From Gammaproteobacteria bacterium (GTDB lineage Bacteria > Pseudomonadota > Gammaproteobacteria > SZUA-152), in contig JAJRWE010000044.1 of assembly GCA_024276955.1 (NCBI GenBank), forward strand, positions 1-52,972: a stretch of DNA of 52,972 bases, written 5' to 3'. Position numbers and translations under genes: made by a program. This document shows positions 48,268-52,972 of the stretch, in pieces; the first letter of the stretch is position 1; each line of letters begins with the position of its first letter. The notes beneath the pieces were generated by a model, which saw only the letters and a list, made by a program, of their open reading frames with translations, did no database searches and had not been told where the DNA came from.

Positions 48268-50148
48268 ATGGCCTTATTGCAAATCAGTGAGCCGGGACAG
48301 ACCGCCGCCCCGCATCAGCACAAGCTGGCGGCCGGTATCGACCTTGGCACCACCAACTCCCTCGTCGCCACCGTGCGCAGCGGTCTGGCGGAAACCCTGC
48401 CGGACGAGAATGGCAACCACCTGCTGCCGTCCGTGGTGCGCTATCGCCTCGGCCTGCCGCCGCAGGTGGGCGAAGAGGCGAAGGCGGCGCTGATTAAGGA
48501 TCCGCACAACACCATCAGCTCTGTAAAACGCTTTATGGGCCGCGGCCTGGCGGATATTTGCAAGGGCTGCAGCTGCTCCGAGTACGAATTTGCGGAGAGT
48601 GCCGAGAGTGAATCCACGGTGCCACGCATCCGCACCGTGGCCGGCGACATCAGCCCGGTGGAGGCCTCGGCGGAAATCCTCAAGACCCTCAAGGCGCGCG
48701 CGGAAAAGACCCTTGGCGGCGAGCTCACCGGCGTGGTGATCACCGTGCCGGCCTATTTCGACGACGCCCAACGTCAGGCCACCAAGGATGCCGCGCAGCT
48801 GGCCGGTCTCAATGTGTTGCGCCTGCTCAACGAACCCACCGCGGCCGCCGTGGCCTATGGTTTGGATCGCGATTCCGAAGGCATACACGTGGTCTACGAC
48901 CTGGGCGGCGGCACCTTTGATATCTCCATCCTGCGCCTCAACCGTGGCGTGTTTGAGGTCATGTCCACCGCCGGCAACACCGCCCTCGGTGGTGACGATT
49001 TCGATCGTGCCATCGCCCAGTGGCTGGCACAGCAGGCGGGTTTGGGCGATGACATTTCCGTGCGCAAGATGCGCGCCGTGCGTGCCGAGGCCTGCCGTGC
49101 CAAGGAGGCCTTGTCCGATGTCGAGTCGGTGACGGTCTCGGTGGCCGTCAAGGATGGCGAGGTCTGGCGCGGCGAATTGAACCGCGAGCAGCTCAATGCA
49201 CTGATCGACCCGCTGATTCAGAAGACGCTCTCACCCTGCCGCCGCGCCCTGCGCGATGCCGGTATCGACCTCGACGAGATCGAGGATGTGGTAATGGTCG
49301 GCGGCTCCACCCGCTCGCCGCGGGTACGCGAACGGGTGGGTGAATTCTTTCACTGCGACGTGCTGGTGGACATCGACCCGGACAAGGTGGTGGCCGTCGG
49401 CGCCGCCATCCAGGCCGACGTACTGGCGGGCAACAAGCCCGACGACGAGATGCTGCTGCTGGACGTGATCCCGCTGTCACTGGGCATCGAGACCATGGGC
49501 GGCCTGGTGGAGAAGGTGATCCCGCGCAACGCCACCATTCCCTGCGCCAAGGCGCAGGATTTTACCACCTTCAAGGACGGCCAGACCGCCCTCGCCGTGC
49601 ACGTGGTGCAGGGCGAACGCGAGTTGGTCAGCGATTGCCGCTCGCTGGCGCGCTTCGAGCTGCGCGGTATCCCGCCCATGGCCGCCGGCGCGGCACGCAT
49701 TCGCGTCACCTTTCAGGTGGATGCCGACGGCCTGCTCTCCGTCACCGCCCGCGAGCAGGCCTCCGGCGTTGAGAGCAGCGTGCAGGTCAAGCCGTCCTAT
49801 GGCCTCTCGGATCGCGAGATCGAACAGATGCTGCGTGACTCCATGGCCCACGCCGAAGAGGACGTCGCTGCGCGCAATCTGCGCGAGACGCAGGTGGAGG
49901 CCAGGCGCGCCATCGAGGCCGTGGAATCGGCCCTGGCCACCGATGCCGGCCTGCTCAGTGTCGACGAGCGCATGCGTCTCGATGCCGCCCTCGAAGATCT
50001 GCGCGCCAAGGCCGAAGGCGGTGACTATTTAAAGATCAAACAGGCCATCGAGGCCCTGAATGCCGCCAGTGACGACTTCGCCGCGCGCCGCATGGATGCC
50101 GGTATCCAGGCCGCGATGGCGGGTCACAAACTGGAGGAATTCAGCTGA
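48268..50148 (+). CDS. hscA: Chaperone HscA
   Basis: [33 protein letters not shown]; isc operon position. Confidence 0.97.
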   Translation: MALLQISEPGQTAAPHQHKLAAGIDLGTTNSLVATVRSGLAETLPDENGNHLLPSVVRYRLGLPPQVGEEAKAALIKDPHNTISSVKRFMGRGLADICKGCSCSEYEFAESAESESTVPRIRTVAGDISPVEASAEILKTLKARAEKTLGGELTGVVITVPAYFDDAQRQATKDAAQLAGLNVLRLLNEPTAAAVAYGLDRDSEGIHVVYDLGGGTFDISILRLNRGVFEVMSTAGNTALGGDDFDRAIAQWLAQQAGLGDDISVRKMRAVRAEACRAKEALSDVESVTVSVAVKDGEVWRGELNREQLNALIDPLIQKTLSPCRRALRDAGIDLDEIEDVVMVGGSTRSPRVRERVGEFFHCDVLVDIDPDKVVAVGAAIQADVLAGNKPDDEMLLLDVIPLSLGIETMGGLVEKVIPRNATIPCAKAQDFTTFKDGQTALAVHVVQGERELVSDCRSLARFELRGIPPMAAGAARIRVTFQVDADGLLSVTAREQASGVESSVQVKPSYGLSDREIEQMLRDSMAHAEEDVAARNLRETQVEARRAIEAVESALATDAGLLSVDERMRLDAALEDLRAKAEGGDYLKIKQAIEALNAASDDFAARRMDAGIQAAMAGHKLEEFS

Positions 50149-50166
50149 GTAAACGCTGAGAGAACC

Positions 50167-50505
50167 ATGCCAAAAATTATTTTCCTGCCCCACGAAGAAA
50201 TCTGCCCCGAGGGCGCCGTCATCGAGGCCGAGCCGGGCACCACCATCTGTGACGCCGCGCTGGCCAACGGCATCGAGATCGAGCACGCCTGCGAGAAATC
50301 CTGCGCCTGCACCACCTGTCACGTCGTCGTGCGCGAGGGCTTCGATTCCCTGCCCGAGGCCAGCGAAGACGAAGAAGACATGCTCGACAAGGCCTGGGGC
50401 CTGGAGCCGGATTCCCGTCTCAGTTGCCAAGCTGTGGTGGACGACAAAGACCTGGTGGTGGAGATTCCCAAATACACCATCAACATGGTGTCCGAGAGTC
50501 ATTGA
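50167..50505 (+). CDS. fdx: ISC [2Fe-2S] ferredoxin
   Basis: HACEKSCACTTCH, SRLSCQ. Confidence 0.97.
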   Translation: MPKIIFLPHEEICPEGAVIEAEPGTTICDAALANGIEIEHACEKSCACTTCHVVVREGFDSLPEASEDEEDMLDKAWGLEPDSRLSCQAVVDDKDLVVEIPKYTINMVSESH

Positions 50506-50702
50506 TGGAGTGGGTCGACTCATTGGAGATCGCCATTGCCCTCGATGAGGCGCATCCCGGGGCCAATCCCTTGCAAGTAAATTTTGTCGAGCTGCGCGAG
50601 TGGGTGCTGGCGCTGAATGGGTTCGATGATGATCCCGAACACAGTGGCGAGCGTATCCTCGAAGCGATCCAGATGGCCTGGATCGAGGAGCGGGAAGACT
50701 GA
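50505..50702 (+). CDS. iscX: Fe-S assembly protein IscX
   Basis: MEWVDSLEIAIAL...FDDDPEHSGERILEAIQMAW; start overlaps the fdx stop. Confidence 0.94.
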   Translation: MEWVDSLEIAIALDEAHPGANPLQVNFVELREWVLALNGFDDDPEHSGERILEAIQMAWIEERED

Positions 50703-50735
50703 GCTTTTTCCCTCCGGAATTTTTCTGTTTATGAG

Positions 50736-50767
50736 AAAGGGGTGCTCCGTTTGGGACACCCTTTTTT
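50736..50767 (+). terminator. Terminator of the isc operon
   Basis: AAAGGGGTG...CACCCTTTTTT hairpin. Confidence 0.7.
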
Positions 50768-50825
50768 CGTTTTGCAGGGAGGGGGCGGGAATCAATGCCA
50801 TTAAGTTAAGCCTGACGTCTACTTG

Positions 50826-50902
50826 TTGTAGGTTGGTGGTGAGCTTGCGAACCCCAACATTGTTGATTTCGTTGGGGTTCCTGCGTCACCACCAACCTAC
50901 AA
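50826..50902. repeat. REPIN-like inverted repeat of a second GTAG family
   Basis: TTGTAGGTTGGTGGTGA...GAACCCCAAC / GTTGGGGTTC...TCACCACCAACCTACAA. Confidence 0.75.
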
Positions 50903-51156
50903 AACCCTCGTTATTTTGTTAACTTAATGGCATTAGGGCGGGAATGGGTTGGTGCAGGTGATGTTGTACTGATCATTTCCGGCGCGTTGTACACGGTTTT
51001 TTTCGCTCCCCGGCCTTCAAAAACGGGTCTATGCAAGCAACCAGATACCGAATACCGTTTCGGTGATCGGCAGCGGCATCGGTAACCCGGCCTTCTCATT
51101 GACATAATTCGAATAGACTCGCATTCTGGTTTGTATTGAGTGATGAGGTGTATGCC

Positions 51157-51249
51157 ATGCTGAAAGAGGTTGATTCTTACGACGCAAAAACCAAATTGCC
51201 AGAAATTCTACGCCGGGTTCGGGGTTCGGGGTTAGGGATGTGGAAATAA
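51157..51249 (+). pseudogene. Truncated Phd/YefM-type antitoxin
   Basis: After GAGGTG: MLKEVDSYDAKTKLPEILRRV, then unrelated residues and a stop at codon 31. Confidence 0.6.
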
Positions 51250-51255
51250 TGTATT

Positions 51256-52254
51256 TCAATCTGGCAGCCCGTCTAACGGGCTTTGAAGGCTATCAATATT
51301 CCGTTTCATGACATGAGTATAGATCTCGGTGGTTTTAACATCGGCATGGCCCATCAATGTTTGAAGCACCCGGATATTAACGCCATTTTCCAGCATATGA
51401 GTCGCGAAACTATGGCGCAGAGTATGGCAGCTAACGCGTTTTAAAATATCTGCGTGACCAGCTGCAAGTTTGACCGCTTTTTGCAGACCCGATTCCAGAA
51501 CATGATGCCGCATCTCACGACCGGATCTTGGATCTATTGACCTTTTTTTAGCAGGGAAGAGATACTGCCAAACCGCTTCTCTATCAGCATGAGGATATTT
51601 TCGGGCCAGGGCCTCTGGCAGATAAACCTGGCCGAAACCCTCTTCAAGATCTCTGTGATGGCGTTTAATAACATGGTCAACCTGAGCTTGAAGCGCAGCG
51701 CGGATATTTTTCGGTAGGATGGTCGTCCTGTCCTTGCCGCCCTTACCACCGCGGATGAAAATCTTATCATGGCCAAAATCTATGTCCTGGATACGTAACC
51801 TGATACATTCCATAAGACGCAGGCCGCCGCCGTAAAGAATTTTTGCCATCAATGCATGTGTACCATGCATCAACCGAAGCAGTTGTTGAACCTCTTCCTG
51901 AGTCAGTACGGTTGGTGGACGTTGCTGCCGTTTTGAACGGACAGGGGCGATTTTGTCATCAAGAGGTTTATGGAGAACTTCCCGATAAAGAAAAACAATC
52001 GCATTAAGCGCTTGGCGCTGGGTAGAAGCTGACACTTTACCCACAGTGGCAAGATTGGATAAAAACCGTTCGACATGCTGTGAACCGAATTCTTTTGGGT
52101 GTATCTTTCCACCGTGGAAGCGGATATAACGCAGTATCCACTGGCAGTAAGACTGCTCGGTGCGGTATGCGTAATGATGATAACGCAGTACCTCCCGGAC
52201 TTGATCCATCAGCTTCAGGGAAGGGTTGGGGCGGAATTTTGGGTTGCTTTCCAT
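51256..52254 (-). CDS. intI: Integron integrase
   Basis: HYAYRTEQSY, STQRQALNAIVFLY, LYGGGLR, GKGGKDR, IntI-specific insert VYLPEALARKYP...WQYLFP, HTLRHSFATH, GH...TT.IYTHV. Confidence 0.95.
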   Translation of the reverse strand: MESNPKFRPNPSLKLMDQVREVLRYHHYAYRTEQSYCQWILRYIRFHGGKIHPKEFGSQHVERFLSNLATVGKVSASTQRQALNAIVFLYREVLHKPLDDKIAPVRSKRQQRPPTVLTQEEVQQLLRLMHGTHALMAKILYGGGLRLMECIRLRIQDIDFGHDKIFIRGGKGGKDRTTILPKNIRAALQAQVDHVIKRHHRDLEEGFGQVYLPEALARKYPHADREAVWQYLFPAKKRSIDPRSGREMRHHVLESGLQKAVKLAAGHADILKRVSCHTLRHSFATHMLENGVNIRVLQTLMGHADVKTTEIYTHVMKRNIDSLQSPLDGLPD

Positions 52255-52347
52255 TGTGCGCACCTTAATACCACAATAAGTGGAAAATACCAAAGCAAAG
52301 ACAATAAATGGATAAGATTTTCCAGGTTTTGTGGTTCAATAGTAAGG

Positions 52348-52417
52348 ATAACTGGAATATTATCCCTCTATAGGGAGTGATATGGTGGAAAATATTCCAG
52401 TTATTGCTCTGTTAGAA
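52348..52417 (+). promoter_or_regulatory. Inverted repeat and candidate attI core upstream of intI
   Basis: ATAACTGGAATATT / AATATTCCAGTTAT 14-bp inverted repeat, then GTTAGAA at 52411, which complements the TCTAAC of the downstream attC. Confidence 0.5.
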
Positions 52418-52935
52418 TTACGTGAATCCGTTGTAAAAATTGAGAGTGTTTAGGGTTTGAAAAACGTTCAATCTCAAACATTTTTAGGGCGTTTAATTTG
52501 GCGTTTAGGCGTTCCAAATTAGGTTCAGAAAGTGTGGTTATATTTTTTGGTTCACAAGGTTTTTAAACTCAGAAGTTTATCGGCATTGTAGGCGCGTCAA
52601 ATCTCATCAATGATTAAAGACGGATTTCTGATGGGGGGTTAAGTTTCGTAATGCAAAATATTATCCGCTCCGAAAGCTCTATAAAAAAACCTTAAACCTT
52701 GTAATTCGCCTGAATTCTTTAGCTTTATAATGGGTTAAAAATCAACAAACAATCTGAGGTTTGGGCGCGTTAAACTATGATAATGTTGGCTTTTCAGGTA
52801 GGGGGGTAAAAATTTGAATCCTAAATTTTCTTCCCCCCCTATGGTTCAACAAAACAACATTAAATTTACGAGGTGCGGTAATATCTTTTAAAAGCGTAGG
52901 CTGTGAATTCAGCGGTCTACCAGATATGCTCGCGC

Positions 52936-52972
52936 CTCTAACAAGGCAAATACACGCGGACAGCCAAAAGCG
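52936..52972 (+). other. Left arm of an attC site, cut by the window end
   Basis: CTCTAAC-AAGGCAAATACACGCGGACAGCCAAAAGCG has the typical R''/L'' pattern; lies on the divergent side of intI. Confidence 0.7.

Overview
Chromosomal window from a GC-rich gammaproteobacterium (lineage inferred from gene order, not proven). From left to right: (i) a visibly lower-GC urea/short-amide uptake block (porin-urtABCD') divergent from a permease-fused hybrid sensor kinase and a REC-LuxR regulator; (ii) a ~6 kb decayed island integrated in tRNA-Val(CAC), carrying a frameshifted tyrosine integrase, an AbiEi/AbiEii pair and a STAND-like ATPase with a SEC-C tail, plus 120-bp tRNA-linked repeats whose homologue also lies beyond the far att site; (iii) gltX-glnS-tRNA-Ala-tRNA-Glu, followed by a patchwork of toxin/antitoxin-like modules with internal duplications; (iv) a MocR regulator divergent from a class IV aminotransferase and a LysY-like argC paralogue; (v) core genes rpsP-rimM-trmD-rplS, ogt, xerD, yajQ, dsbC, a probable Csr/Rsm sRNA, fdxA, a Kelch lipoprotein, mutS, a rhodanese, pilU, suhB, trmJ (start codon displaced by a 240-bp MITE), cysE and the isc operon with two desulfurases; (vi) an integron integrase with a probable ORF-less first cassette and an attC cut by the window end. 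No CRISPR array was found. All calls come from reading the sequence and recalling protein families; no searches were run.
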